From positions 3,032 through 67,031 of the IMG/VR virus record IMGVR_UViG_3300021399_000157: DNA of 64,000 nucleotides. The stretch is one strand, 5' to 3'. This document shows, piece after piece, positions 35,614 to 45,405 of the stretch. This stretch comes from a virus (Duplodnaviria > Caudoviricetes). Under the pieces are notes generated by a model, which was not told where the DNA came from, searched no databases, and saw only the letters and a list, made by a program, of their open reading frames with translations. Position 1 is the first letter of the stretch. Each line of letters opens with the position of its first letter. A program made the translations under genes and the position numbers.

Positions 35614-35756
35614 ATTTCCTCCTTTTTTTCTTTTTGTAACCTCTTACATTTTTAATTTTAACTTAAAAGTTCCTAAAATGCAATAACTTTTTTTACAATT
35701 ACAATAACTTTTCTTTTTTATATTAACTATTTGAAAATAAAAAGCTAGAATGATAT

Positions 35757-36197
35757 CTAGCTTAATAATTTATTTGTTTTGTTTTCTAACTGGCTGTGGC
35801 GCATCTTGTTATAATAATATTTTAAATCTTCTTGTAGCCAGTCTGGAATAATTCCTCTTTCTATGAATGTTTTTACTTTTAAATAGTTTCTAGTAGCGTG
35901 TTCTTCGTCTAACTTATGCTCTGGTCTATATGATAAGTAAAAATATCCGCATTCTTTCATATAATCTATTACTTCTACTCTTTTTGCTTCTTTTTGCTTC
36001 TCGCAGGCTTCTATAAGATCCGCTATCTTTGGTAAGAACTTCGAAGTCCTTATAATGTCCTTAGTCGCTCTGATAAATGTCTCGTAGTCATACTCCTTTA
36101 TGAACTCGTAAACTTGCTGAGCTTCTAGCTGGCTGTATTCTTTTCCGTATGCTAGTCCTAAAAAGTTTAGTCCTTTTATTGCTTCTTCTATTTTCAT
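35757..36197 (-). CDS. Helicase loader/inhibitor (G39P-like) protein
   Basis: KFLPKIADL motif; directly after the replication initiator. Confidence 0.65.
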   Translation of the reverse strand: MKIEEAIKGLNFLGLAYGKEYSQLEAQQVYEFIKEYDYETFIRATKDIIRTSKFLPKIADLIEACEKQKEAKRVEVIDYMKECGYFYLSYRPEHKLDEEHATRNYLKVKTFIERGIIPDWLQEDLKYYYNKMRHSQLENKTNKLLS

Positions 36198-36226
36198 ATT
36201 CTTTCTCCTTTTCTTTTTGAAACTTT

Positions 36227-36991
36227 TTACTCCGTATAAAAGTCGCTAAAGTCTGTGTATGGTGTAAGATCTTTGGTAGTTAATTCTTTTACTGGCTGAT
36301 TTAAATATCCTTCGAACTTTGTACCGAATAAGGTCTCTGGTCTTATATATCCCTTCATTTTATTATCGTTGATCCATTCTCTGACTTTTTTATCTATGAC
36401 TAATTGAAAGTCCTGTAATGTATATCCTTCGTTTATTCTGGCTCTGATTAGTTCTCTAGTCTTTTTACTAGATGCTCTGTAGTTTGTTCCAGCCATGCTA
36501 TTTAAATGGCTTACAATTTCCTGATACGGAATATTCTCTTTAATAATTAATTCATTAGTTGTTAATTCATTAGTATTTAATTCTTTAGTTATATTATTAT
36601 ATTGTCGTTGATTTTCTAGCGGTTGATTTTCAAGCGGTTGATTTTCTAGCTCTTGTTTTTCTGTCTCTTGTTTTTCTGCTTCTTGTATTGGGTATGGTTT
36701 TTCGTAAATATCGTATAAGTATTCTATTCTTCCTGTCTTTGTTTCGTTCGGCATGAGTTTAGTCACTTTTAAATATCCGAACTTTTTCAACTCATTCAAA
36801 GTACTTTTAATTGAGCTTTCGTTCTCTTTATTGATCGCTACCAGTCCAGCTATGGAATAGTCCCAGCTGTCAGGAAGTGATAGCATCTGACTTAAAAGTC
36901 CTTTGGCTTTTAGTGTCATTTCCTTTTCTTTAAAGTGATAATTACTCATAACGGTATAATCTTTTGTTTTGTTTACTCTTAATACAGCCAT
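36227..36991 (-). CDS. Replication initiator (HTH N-terminus, conserved phage C-terminal domain)
   Basis: LKAKGLL..MLSLPDSWD; YIRPETLFGTKFEGYLNQ. Confidence 0.85.
   Translation of the reverse strand: MAVLRVNKTKDYTVMSNYHFKEKEMTLKAKGLLSQMLSLPDSWDYSIAGLVAINKENESSIKSTLNELKKFGYLKVTKLMPNETKTGRIEYLYDIYEKPYPIQEAEKQETEKQELENQPLENQPLENQRQYNNITKELNTNELTTNELIIKENIPYQEIVSHLNSMAGTNYRASSKKTRELIRARINEGYTLQDFQLVIDKKVREWINDNKMKGYIRPETLFGTKFEGYLNQPVKELTTKDLTPYTDFSDFYTE
36607..36690. repeat. 15-bp iterons in the replication gene (putative phage B origin)
   Basis: GTTGATTTTC(T/A)AGCG x3 followed by TCTTGTTTTTCTG x2. Confidence 0.7.
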
Positions 36992-37060
36992 GCTTCTTCT
37001 CCTTCTCTATTTTAAGTCTAGAAACATTATAGCATTTTTTTATACCATGTCAGTAATTTT

Positions 37061-37318
37061 TTATAATTTATTTTCTTTTTGTAACTTTTCGTCGATCATT
37101 TTAATTAACTCTGGCATATATTTTTTTTTGTTTGTATGTACTAAATCATGATGCCTTTTACATAATGGTATAACGTTTCCTAGGTATGTTTTTCTCCCTC
37201 CCTGAAGTCCTCCATATCTGATATGGTGTAAATGGATATTTGTATTTCTACATATAGCACATTGTCCGTTATATAGTTCTATGGTCTTTTCGTATACTTC
37301 TTTTTCTTCTTTAGTCAT
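37061..37318 (-). CDS. HNH endonuclease
   Basis: CAIC...HLHH...GNVIPLCKRHH. Confidence 0.8.
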   Translation of the reverse strand: MTKEEKEVYEKTIELYNGQCAICRNTNIHLHHIRYGGLQGGRKTYLGNVIPLCKRHHDLVHTNKKKYMPELIKMIDEKLQKENKL

Positions 37319-37375
37319 TTATAAAGTCCTCTATAGTCCTTCATTTTTCCTCCTATCTTTTCTATTTGAAACCTT

Positions 37376-37726
37376 TTACTCCTGATCTATAAACTTTTTA
37401 AAGTTTGAGCTTCTACTATCGTCTATAGCGTATCTGATATAGTCGGCTTCTTTATTTATTCTTGCATCTTGTACTTTCTTTTCTGGTTTTAGATATTCGT
37501 ATTCTTGTTGTAGTTTTCTTCTAGCTCTTGATACGCTTTCGAATACTGGAATATCGTACTCTTTTCTAAAGTTCTTGCTATAAAATAGCTGTACGAATGC
37601 TTTACTATTTAGTACTCCGTATTTAGTACAGTAAATATAGTATAGGTACATATCGTCTTTTCTAGCTAGTGGCTCTTTCTCTAGGATCTTCTTTACTTCG
37701 TTTTCTATTGTTTCTAGTCTTTTCAT
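37376..37726 (-). CDS. Hypothetical protein
   Basis: PVFESVSRARRKLQ motif; operon context. Confidence 0.6.
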   Translation of the reverse strand: MKRLETIENEVKKILEKEPLARKDDMYLYYIYCTKYGVLNSKAFVQLFYSKNFRKEYDIPVFESVSRARRKLQQEYEYLKPEKKVQDARINKEADYIRYAIDDSRSSNFKKFIDQE

Positions 37727-37728
37727 AT

Positions 37729-38061
37729 TTATATCTCCTCTATTTCAATTTTATATTTATACTCGAATAGTTTCTTTTTAAGCCTGTAAACGTCCGTTCT
37801 GTAGCCTTTTACGTCTATTACGTGCATTTTATTGTCTTCGGTTGTTTTGTACGTGAAATCGGCTCTATACGTGATTTTTCGGCTTGTTTTATTATTTAGT
37901 TTATAGCTTGGCTGGAGTTCATACTCTTTTTGTAGCTCCAGTTCTTTTATTTTTCCTGCTTTCTCTAATAGTTTTAGTTTTATATAGTAATTCTTTTCTC
38001 TGATGCTATCGAAGGTATAACCGTCATATTTAGCTTTTTTATTGTGATACTTGGCTACCAT
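37729..38061 (-). CDS. DUF1064-like PD-(D/E)xK nuclease
   Basis: KYHNKK..DGYTFDSIRE; YRADF.Y; VIDVKG. Confidence 0.85.
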   Translation of the reverse strand: MVAKYHNKKAKYDGYTFDSIREKNYYIKLKLLEKAGKIKELELQKEYELQPSYKLNNKTSRKITYRADFTYKTTEDNKMHVIDVKGYRTDVYRLKKKLFEYKYKIEIEEI

Positions 38062-38374
38062 ACTCTCTTTGTATTTGGCTTTCTAGTAGTCTTAGTTGTA
38101 GTTTGATGCTATTTATCGCTTCTAGATTTGCTTTATAAATAGTCTCCGCTACGTCTCTTTTAAATCTAGCCTCGGCTACTGACGGTATTCCGTAGCAAGT
38201 TAGAGTTATTACTCCTATTGCTTGTCCTTCGTCTCTTAGTTTTAACACTTCTTTTCTTAATAGTATTTTATAGTCTCTTTCTGCTTCTGCGTAGTTATTT
38301 CCTGTCTTACGTAGTGATCTGATGCTTATCTCTAACTCTTGTATTTTATTTTCTAATTCGTTATATAGGTCCAT
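38039..38374 (-). CDS. Hypothetical coiled-coil protein
   Basis: 111 aa helical; operon context. Confidence 0.6.
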   Translation of the reverse strand: MDLYNELENKIQELEISIRSLRKTGNNYAEAERDYKILLRKEVLKLRDEGQAIGVITLTCYGIPSVAEARFKRDVAETIYKANLEAINSIKLQLRLLESQIQREYGSQVSQ

Positions 38375-38384
38375 ATAGTACCTC

Positions 38385-38792
38385 CTAGAATGGAAGTTCG
38401 CTATCTTCTATTTCTATTTCTTTTCCGAACTCTTTAAATGGATCGTAGCTATCTTTCTTTTCTTTTTCGTTATTATCTTTTTTTCTTTCTAGGTACTCTA
38501 ATTCTTCTACTAGTACATAGTTAATATATTTAGTATTTCCTTCTTTATCTTGATAAGCATCTACCTGAGTTCTACCTATTACTGCTATTAGGCTTCCTTT
38601 AGTTTGATACTTTACTAGGTTTTCGGCTAGTTTATTCCATACTCTACAGTTTATAAAGTCCGCTACTCTTTCTCCGTCTCTAGTTACTGGTCTATTAGTA
38701 GCTAGTCTGAACTCGCATATACTTTTACCTGTGCTAGTTGATCTTAGCTCTAAATCGTTAGCTATTCTTCCTGTTATGATGCACTTATTCAT
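38385..38792 (-). CDS. ssb: Single-stranded DNA-binding protein
   Basis: ADFINCRVWNKLAENL..KGSLI; acidic ELPF tail. Confidence 0.95.
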   Translation of the reverse strand: MNKCIITGRIANDLELRSTSTGKSICEFRLATNRPVTRDGERVADFINCRVWNKLAENLVKYQTKGSLIAVIGRTQVDAYQDKEGNTKYINYVLVEELEYLERKKDNNEKEKKDSYDPFKEFGKEIEIEDSELPF

Positions 38793-39008
38793 TTACTTTC
38801 TCCTTCCTATTAATGTAATTGCTATTAGTGTTATACAAATTATTAATGTAATTGTTACTGCTGTATTCATTATTTTAATTCCTCCAATGCTTTTAGTATT
38901 CTTCTGATATCTTCTTTAGTTACTAGTTTTACGTAGTCGTCGTTTTCTTCTATAAGGTCTTTTAGATAGTTTACTAGTATTTTATATTTTTCTTCCATAT
39001 AGTACCTC

Positions 39009-39209
39009 CTATATATCAAAGTCTAAGTCGTCTAGGTCCTGTTGGTAGTCGCTTAGATTTTCGTACATATCTTCTTTTATGTCCGCTAGATCCCAGTCTT
39101 CTGGTATTTCCATTTCGAACTTATATTCTAAATACATTCTACCTTTGATAGTTTTAATCTTTTCTTCTGGCGGATCTGGATAGTCGTATACGTTCCAGCT
39201 TGTCTCCAT
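39009..39209 (-). CDS. Hypothetical acidic protein
   Basis: 66 aa, RBS GAGGA. Confidence 0.55.
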   Translation of the reverse strand: METSWNVYDYPDPPEEKIKTIKGRMYLEYKFEMEIPEDWDLADIKEDMYENLSDYQQDLDDLDFDI

Positions 39210-39212
39210 ATT

Positions 39213-39920
39213 TTATCCTCCTACCTTTTGTTTTAGTTTTTCTATTGCATCTACTAGTTGCTCTTTATTTAAGTCTTTAGTTTGATAGTATTCGTAGATT
39301 TGTTCTCTATTGAAAGTTTCGTCTTCTTTTTCTGCTTTACTTACTAGTTTTAGAAATACTGTAAGTAAATCGTATATTTCTTTTTGTTCTTCTTCTGATA
39401 ATACTTTTCTTCCTGTAGCTAGTTCTATTAGTTTTATCATATATTCGTCTTTAGCGTTTCCTAGTAGCCAGTCTATATAGTCTGGTTTTTTTTCTGATAC
39501 TTCTTTTAGTGTCATTCCTTTAAACTTACCGAATGTTAGCTTATAGTTATCTGCTTCTTCTTGCGTAGGCTCTTTTTTTTCGCTTAGGCTTTGAGCGTCG
39601 TCGTCTTCTGTAGCTAGTCCGAAAGCCATTAGTAAACTATATCTTCTGGCGTATGTTAATGCACTTCCCTGTTGTTGTGCTGGGTTATTTACTCCTATTA
39701 GTGTAGCGTCTACTACTCTAGCTCCTCTTAGTGCTGGTTGTTCTTCTCCGTTTATGATCTTTACCGTCATTATATAGTCGTCTCCGTCTATCCTATCTAT
39801 ATATTGATAGTAGCTCATATTATTAGCTTCTAAGTATTCGTGTATTTGTGCTATGTCTACGTATTGGTAGCTATATTTACCTACGCTAGCTGTCTGATTT
39901 TTTGTAACTTTTGTTTTCAT
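39213..39920 (-). CDS. erf: ERF-family single-strand annealing recombinase with C-terminal LTFGK domain
   Basis: AQQQGSALTYARRYSL..AFGLATEDDDA. Confidence 0.88.
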   Translation of the reverse strand: MKTKVTKNQTASVGKYSYQYVDIAQIHEYLEANNMSYYQYIDRIDGDDYIMTVKIINGEEQPALRGARVVDATLIGVNNPAQQQGSALTYARRYSLLMAFGLATEDDDAQSLSEKKEPTQEEADNYKLTFGKFKGMTLKEVSEKKPDYIDWLLGNAKDEYMIKLIELATGRKVLSEEEQKEIYDLLTVFLKLVSKAEKEDETFNREQIYEYYQTKDLNKEQLVDAIEKLKQKVGG

Positions 39921-40053
39921 TAAATATCCTCTTTTCTATAACTTTCTAATTCTTTTATTTCTCTTTGTAATGCTTCTATTTCTTTTTCTTTATCTTTTTT
40001 ACTTAATAATTCGCTTAGTAGTACCAGTGCATCTTGATATTTTTTCTCCATAT

Positions 40054-40260
40054 TTAAACTCCTTTTTTTAATAGTTCGAATATATCTTCGTATTTATCGT
40101 GGAAGTTAGTATATATTGCTTCTGCTACTCTAAAGGACGGATCAGCATTTCCTAGTTCTATCGCTACGTAATAGCTTTTAGATATTCCTAGTTTTTGAGC
40201 CATTTCTAGCTGATTTAGTTCTTGTTTCTCTCGGAAACTTTTTAGATTAAATCTTTTCAT
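40054..40260 (-). CDS. Cro-like XRE HTH regulator
   Basis: QLEMAQKLGISKSYYVAIELG; divergent from repressor. Confidence 0.85.
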   Translation of the reverse strand: MKRFNLKSFREKQELNQLEMAQKLGISKSYYVAIELGNADPSFRVAEAIYTNFHDKYEDIFELLKKGV

Positions 40261-40283
40261 TCTCGTTACTCCTTTCTATTTTC

Positions 40284-40335
40284 ATTATAGAAAGCGGTTT
40301 CTATAATGTCAATAAATTATTGTTATATTTTGGTA
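40284..40335. promoter_or_regulatory. Lysis-lysogeny switch region with palindromic operator
   Basis: TAGAAAGCGGTTTCTA palindrome, a TTGACA -35 on minus, and the shared 17-mer. Confidence 0.55.
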
Positions 40336-40422
40336 ATTATTTTCTTATATTTACACTTTTTTATTTTCTTAATGTAACTTTTTTGATATTATTGTTACAT
40401 AATAAGATAGGAGGTTTTTTAT

Positions 40423-40761
40423 ATGATAAATCATAAACGTATAGGTAGACAAATTAGAGAACTTCGTATTCTTCGTGGCTGGAAGCAGTACGAACTTGCG
40501 GATAAGGTAGGTTTATCTCGTCCTGCTATTTGCAATATTGAGGCTGGTAAGCGTAGTCTTACGCTTAATACTTTAAAGCGTTTCTGTGAAGTCTTCGAAA
40601 TAGATATCTCGTACTTCGGTATAGAGACTAGTAATTTTGACGACGCAGTAGACGTTATCTCTCGTATTGATGCTCTTTTTAATAGTGATCTTCCTACTGA
40701 GAAAAAAGAAGAACTCTATCGTAAAATTATGAAAATATATCTAGATAGTATAGATAATTAG
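40423..40761 (+). CDS. CI-like XRE HTH repressor
   Basis: QYELADKVGLSRPAICNIEAGKR; upstream of integrase. Confidence 0.85.
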   Translation: MINHKRIGRQIRELRILRGWKQYELADKVGLSRPAICNIEAGKRSLTLNTLKRFCEVFEIDISYFGIETSNFDDAVDVISRIDALFNSDLPTEKKEELYRKIMKIYLDSIDN

Positions 40762-40868
40762 CTATTTGAAACTTTATCGTTATTTTTTAAAAGTTGGTAT
40801 TCTATTTTTACTTGCTCCTGTTCTGCTATTAGCTCGAATAGGATCTTAAAGAACTTATCTACGTCCAT
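40758..40868 (-). CDS. 36 aa ORF not in the track (MDVDKFFKILFELIAEQEQVKIEY...), candidate recombination directionality factor
   Basis: AGGAG RBS; divergent from the integrase. Confidence 0.45.
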   Translation of the reverse strand: MDVDKFFKILFELIAEQEQVKIEYQLLKNNDKVSNS

Positions 40869-40944
40869 ATTATTACTCCTTTCTAAATTGTTAGTAATAT
40901 TATGTACTTTATTTTCTATTTGTAAACATTAGGGGGTTTTCTTT

Positions 40945-42288
40945 TTGAAAAAAGTTATACGTGTCGGCGGATATGCTAGGGTATCTACTGAGGAACAAAA
41001 AAAATACGGATATTCTATAGACGCTCAGGTAGATAAAATAAAAAAGTATTGTGAATTAAAAAATTATCAACTTGTAGATATGTTTATAGACGAAGGCTTT
41101 ACTGCTTCTAATATGAAACGTCCTAGACTTCTGGATCTTCTTAATAGTTTAGATAAAATAGATGCTATAGTATTTACTCGTCTAGATAGATTTTCTCGTA
41201 ATGTATTAGAAGCTAATAAAATGCTAGCTACGTTACAAAAAAATAGCGTTAGTATGATAGCTATAGAAGAAGAAGATATAAATACTACGGACGCTGACGG
41301 TCTCTTTATGTTTCAATTAAAGGTATCGTTAGCTGAGCGTGAAATAAAAAAAACGTCGGAACGTATCCGCTCTGTATTTGAGTATAAAATCAAAGAAGGA
41401 CAGGTTATATCTGGAGTTACTGCTCTAGGTTATAAGATAGCTACTGTAGACGGAATAAAACGTATGGTTAAAGACGAAGACGAAGCTCCAATAGTTATGG
41501 ATATTTTTAATTACTTTCTAAAATACCAGTCTATACGTGTTGTTACTGATCTTATAAATAAAAAATATGATATAAAAAAGAGTTATCAAGTATACAACCA
41601 CTTATTAAAAAACGAAATATATATAGGTAAGTATCGTAATAATGATAATTTTGTAGATCCGTATATTGATAAAGATACTTTTGATAAAATACAGAAACTT
41701 ATAACTAAAAATATCCGTACTGGAGATAAAAAGTTTACTTATATATTTAGCGGTCTTATTCGTTGTCCTGAGTGTAAAAAGCTACTTACTGGTACTAGAA
41801 CTCTATATAGAGGTCGTTACTACTATTATTATCGTTGTAATAGGCACTACATTTCTAAATGGTGTAGTATGAATAAAAGCTGTAGTGAAAACTTGATAGA
41901 AAAATATCTACTAGAAAATATAGAAACTTTAGTATCTGATCGTATAGCTTATATTAAATCTGTTGAGCCTGCGGATAATGTAAATATTGAAAAAGAAATA
42001 AAGTCTTTACGTGCTGAGCTTGATAACTTAAATTATATCTTTATGAAAAAGCGTATTTCTGTAGCTGAGTATGATCGTCTTTATGAAAAAACCGAAAGTA
42101 AAATAAAAAAGTTGGAGTTATCTCCTTCTAAAAGTGCCGATACTTCTCATTTAACGGCGTTTTTATCTAGTGGCTGGAGAAACGGCTACGATATTATGAA
42201 TAGAGAAAATAAGCGTACTTTATGGCGTAATTTAATTAAAGAAATACACTGTGATAGAGACTATAATATAGAAATTATTTTTTACTAA
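40945..42288 (+). CDS. Large serine recombinase (integrase)
   Basis: YARVST catalytic Ser, RLDRFSRN, recombinase domain, CPEC..C..C zinc ribbon, coiled coil; TTG start. Confidence 0.95.
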   Translation: MKKVIRVGGYARVSTEEQKKYGYSIDAQVDKIKKYCELKNYQLVDMFIDEGFTASNMKRPRLLDLLNSLDKIDAIVFTRLDRFSRNVLEANKMLATLQKNSVSMIAIEEEDINTTDADGLFMFQLKVSLAEREIKKTSERIRSVFEYKIKEGQVISGVTALGYKIATVDGIKRMVKDEDEAPIVMDIFNYFLKYQSIRVVTDLINKKYDIKKSYQVYNHLLKNEIYIGKYRNNDNFVDPYIDKDTFDKIQKLITKNIRTGDKKFTYIFSGLIRCPECKKLLTGTRTLYRGRYYYYYRCNRHYISKWCSMNKSCSENLIEKYLLENIETLVSDRIAYIKSVEPADNVNIEKEIKSLRAELDNLNYIFMKKRISVAEYDRLYEKTESKIKKLELSPSKSADTSHLTAFLSSGWRNGYDIMNRENKRTLWRNLIKEIHCDRDYNIEIIFY

Positions 42289-42328
42289 CTTATGTTAGCC
42301 TGTAGGCTATAGTATATTAGTAAAAATA
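42277..42328. other. attP-like imperfect palindrome at the integrase 3' end
   Basis: TTTTTACTAA...TAGCCT-GT-AGGCTA...TTAGTAAAAA symmetric about a GT core at 42302-42303. Confidence 0.7.
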
Positions 42329-42356
42329 AAAAAGGCTAGGATAATTCCTAGCCTGT
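42327..42356. terminator. Terminator after the integrase
   Basis: AGGCTAGGA-taat-TCCTAGCCT. Confidence 0.6.
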
Positions 42357-42443
42357 TCGTATTATTTATTTCTGATTAGTTCATACTATTATTGCGTACG
42401 CACCTCTCATTATAAAATACTCTTTCTTTAATGACTTCCTGAC

Positions 42444-42476
42444 AAAGACTAGGCTCACCACCTAGTCTTTTTTATT
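42444..42476. terminator. Terminator between convergent transcripts
   Basis: AAAGACTAGG-ctcacca-CCTAGTCTTTTTT. Confidence 0.65.
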
Positions 42477-42674
42477 TTCCTCCAAAATAGTTACTCTATT
42501 TTCTATTTTATACATTCGGTCTATTAAGTTATTATGTTCGTGTACTTTCTGATCTAGTTCGTTTATTCTAAATAAAACTAGATCGTTATTTCTTTTGTTA
42601 GCTGATACAGTGGCTATTACGCTAGGTACTGCTACGCATAGTCCTGATATTACAGCTGTTATTACTGCTTCCAT
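42462..42674 (-). CDS. Small TM plus coiled-coil protein (holin/XhlA-like)
   Basis: N-terminal TM, RINELDQKVHEHNNLIDRMY. Confidence 0.65.
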   Translation of the reverse strand: MEAVITAVISGLCVAVPSVIATVSANKRNNDLVLFRINELDQKVHEHNNLIDRMYKIENRVTILEENKKD

Positions 42675-42717
42675 TTATCCTCCCTTCTTTTATCTTTAAT
42701 TTTTTCACTCTCCTTTT

Positions 42718-45405
42718 TTATGCTGTTCTTTCCCATATATTTACAGCTAAATAAGGAGATAATGTAGCGTGGTATTCATTATTACCAATATCCATTTGAA
42801 TTTTTGAATATTCTCTTGAATTAGAACTTGTACCTGTGTAATTGTCTGTTCCACCGCTAACTTCTTTAAACACACCATTAGCGTAAGTATTTGCGTTTGC
42901 CCAGTGTGCATTCCAGAATTGGCCTGTTAATTTAGGTAATTCATTATTAGTTAATTTATGATAATATTCTCCTCCAGTTTCTCCAAGTGGAAACCAGTTA
43001 CTATTACCTATATCACTATCCCTTAATGTTTGAACTCCATTATTATTTTGTTCTTCAGCACTTCCACCAGCACCTAATAAGTATCTACCTTTAATTTGTT
43101 TCCAAGTGCCACCAAATAAAGTAGCTGGGCTTGTTGAATTTGTACTAATGTATATTGATCCTACTGGATATATCAAATCAACTATACTACTTGTTGTAGG
43201 TACTTCGCTCATAGTTGCTATTTTATTTGTACTTGCATTATAGTTACCTTCTACTGATAAATTAGCTACGTCGTTACTTATTATTGAATTACTATTGATC
43301 TGAACGTCTATAGCTGTTCCTCCGCCACCTGATATATGTATATTTCCACTACCTAGTAGGCTTTGATTATTTATTGTCTTGATATTTGTACCGCTTACTA
43401 ACGCATCTTGTTTAGTGCTGTCGTGGTATGAGTTGTCTATAAAACCACTATCGTTAGTTAAATCACTAGTATTAGTAGGAATATTACCGTTTACTTCGTT
43501 TAATGCACTAACTAGGTTAGTTTTGCTTATAGTTGATAAGTTATTTAAATCTCCTGTTGTAGTATTATCTACAAAGTTACTATCGTTTGTTAAATCACTT
43601 GTTTTTGAAGGTATAGAAATACCTAGATCACTTGCTGATTTATTTCCGTTTAATTCTACTCCGTTAATTTTTGGCTTATTTACTAAGGCTGTATAGTCAG
43701 AAGTACCGCCTCCGCCTCCACCTGCTATTGTAGTCCACGTATTCCAAGTACCGTTATTTTGTATTCTTGTATATATTTCTGAGTTATTTAGAAAAGAGTA
43801 AGCTATTTGTCTTTGATATTTGTCATTGTGTACTATATGTATTACCCACCACCAGTTAGAAACTGTGCTACCGCTTGGGCTGTGTGTTAGTCCGTTTCCC
43901 ATATAAATACCTGATGCGTCTCCGCAGGCTGTATCCCAGTCTCCTGTTACTTGGTTTGCTATCTGTCCGTATCCTGCTATTCTTTTTAGAATGTTTTCGT
44001 CTGATACTTCTAGGCTTCCGTTATCTGCTGGGAAGCAATTTATCCCTACGCTTCTCTTTAGTCTATCGAAGAAAGTTATCGGAATACCTCTATCTAATAC
44101 TAGGTTATATGTAGTACTTCCTATTTTATCTTCTAGTAATACTTGTACGTTCCAAGCGAAATTATTATCTAGCGTTAATTGTGTTGTTACTTCGTCTTGT
44201 AGCGTTGTATAACTTCCGTATGTGCTTTCGTCTACTTCTTTATATCTTACTTTGATACTTATCGTGTTTTTATTGTCTAAGCTGGAGTATTCCGCATTTA
44301 CGTTTATATTAGTTTCTGAATAGAAGTTGTTTTCCCTTTGTAAACTTATAATCGCTGTCGGTAGTACCCAGTCTAGCACTGTAATATTTAGATTTTGGCT
44401 TGTAGAAATACCTCTACTATCTGTTACTGTTACTACTGCTGTTGTATTTGATGCTATATTTAATGTACCTATATTAAAAGTAGCACTAGTACCGCTAATA
44501 GTAGCGTTATAGGTAGCACCGTTTATTAAACAAGTTGCAGTACTTAGTGTAGCGTAGTTTTTAGCTTTTGCATTTGTTATATTTACTCGTAATATACTAT
44601 TATTCCTAATTATTTGTTGATTATTACCTGTAATAGCTGTAGTAGTTGAGTTTGTATCTAGATATGCTGTATTAAATGTCGGGTTTGAGTTCGTTACGTT
44701 AGCATAAAATAGTACGTTTTTGCTTCCTATCTGAGTTGATCCGTTATAAGTTACTGCTGTTACGTTTCCTACTCCTACACTTGCATTCGGTATTTGTTGA
44801 TACATTTCGTCCGCTATAATAGAAGTATCAAATGTTATAGTATCTGTTACTCCTGTTCCTATCTGATACGAATAGTTTCCAAAGTATAGCGTTATTGTAT
44901 GAGTAAATGCTGTACTTTTTCTATTTGTGTTGATAGTGATAGTATCTCCAATATTAAAAGTACTAGGTGTTACTGTTGGCTGACTAGCTCTAGCTATTGT
45001 AGTTAATGCGGTATTATTGGTACTTACTGAACCACTTTTTGGAGTATAGTTATTTGTATCTCCTTTAGTAAATACTGCTTTAGCATATCCTGATAGTGTA
45101 CCGTCGTCTTTATGCGTTACTGTTATTGTAGCTGATGCTGACTTTGATCCACCCTGTGTTATTGTTTTTAAGTTTATACTTGCTACTTTTCTATCATAGT
45201 TTTGTTTGTTGTCGTGCCAGTAAATAACTAGCGTCGAATTAGCACTTGAACTCCAGTAGGCGTTAGTAGATTTTAAAGTAGCAGTACACGTAATACTTGA
45301 AGTATTATTTGATACACTAGTACTGTTTTCTTTAAAACTTGCGGTTAATGTATAAGCGTTACCTCTAGCGTTATATAGTGTTGTACTTTTTGATGCACTA
45401 GCCAT
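42718..45405 (-). CDS. Tail fiber / receptor-binding protein (DUF859-like N-terminus, tail-collar-like C-terminus)
   Basis: TIARASQP; repeated TSDLTNDS; IYPVGSIYISTNSTSPATLFGGTW. Confidence 0.8.
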   Translation of the reverse strand: MASASKSTTLYNARGNAYTLTASFKENSTSVSNNTSSITCTATLKSTNAYWSSSANSTLVIYWHDNKQNYDRKVASINLKTITQGGSKSASATITVTHKDDGTLSGYAKAVFTKGDTNNYTPKSGSVSTNNTALTTIARASQPTVTPSTFNIGDTITINTNRKSTAFTHTITLYFGNYSYQIGTGVTDTITFDTSIIADEMYQQIPNASVGVGNVTAVTYNGSTQIGSKNVLFYANVTNSNPTFNTAYLDTNSTTTAITGNNQQIIRNNSILRVNITNAKAKNYATLSTATCLINGATYNATISGTSATFNIGTLNIASNTTAVVTVTDSRGISTSQNLNITVLDWVLPTAIISLQRENNFYSETNINVNAEYSSLDNKNTISIKVRYKEVDESTYGSYTTLQDEVTTQLTLDNNFAWNVQVLLEDKIGSTTYNLVLDRGIPITFFDRLKRSVGINCFPADNGSLEVSDENILKRIAGYGQIANQVTGDWDTACGDASGIYMGNGLTHSPSGSTVSNWWWVIHIVHNDKYQRQIAYSFLNNSEIYTRIQNNGTWNTWTTIAGGGGGGTSDYTALVNKPKINGVELNGNKSASDLGISIPSKTSDLTNDSNFVDNTTTGDLNNLSTISKTNLVSALNEVNGNIPTNTSDLTNDSGFIDNSYHDSTKQDALVSGTNIKTINNQSLLGSGNIHISGGGGTAIDVQINSNSIISNDVANLSVEGNYNASTNKIATMSEVPTTSSIVDLIYPVGSIYISTNSTSPATLFGGTWKQIKGRYLLGAGGSAEEQNNNGVQTLRDSDIGNSNWFPLGETGGEYYHKLTNNELPKLTGQFWNAHWANANTYANGVFKEVSGGTDNYTGTSSNSREYSKIQMDIGNNEYHATLSPYLAVNIWERTA

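Noticed and set aside
40945-42330. Integrated prophage boundary at the integrase
   Set aside because: Both sides are phage genes and the att palindrome is intact; no host DNA is present
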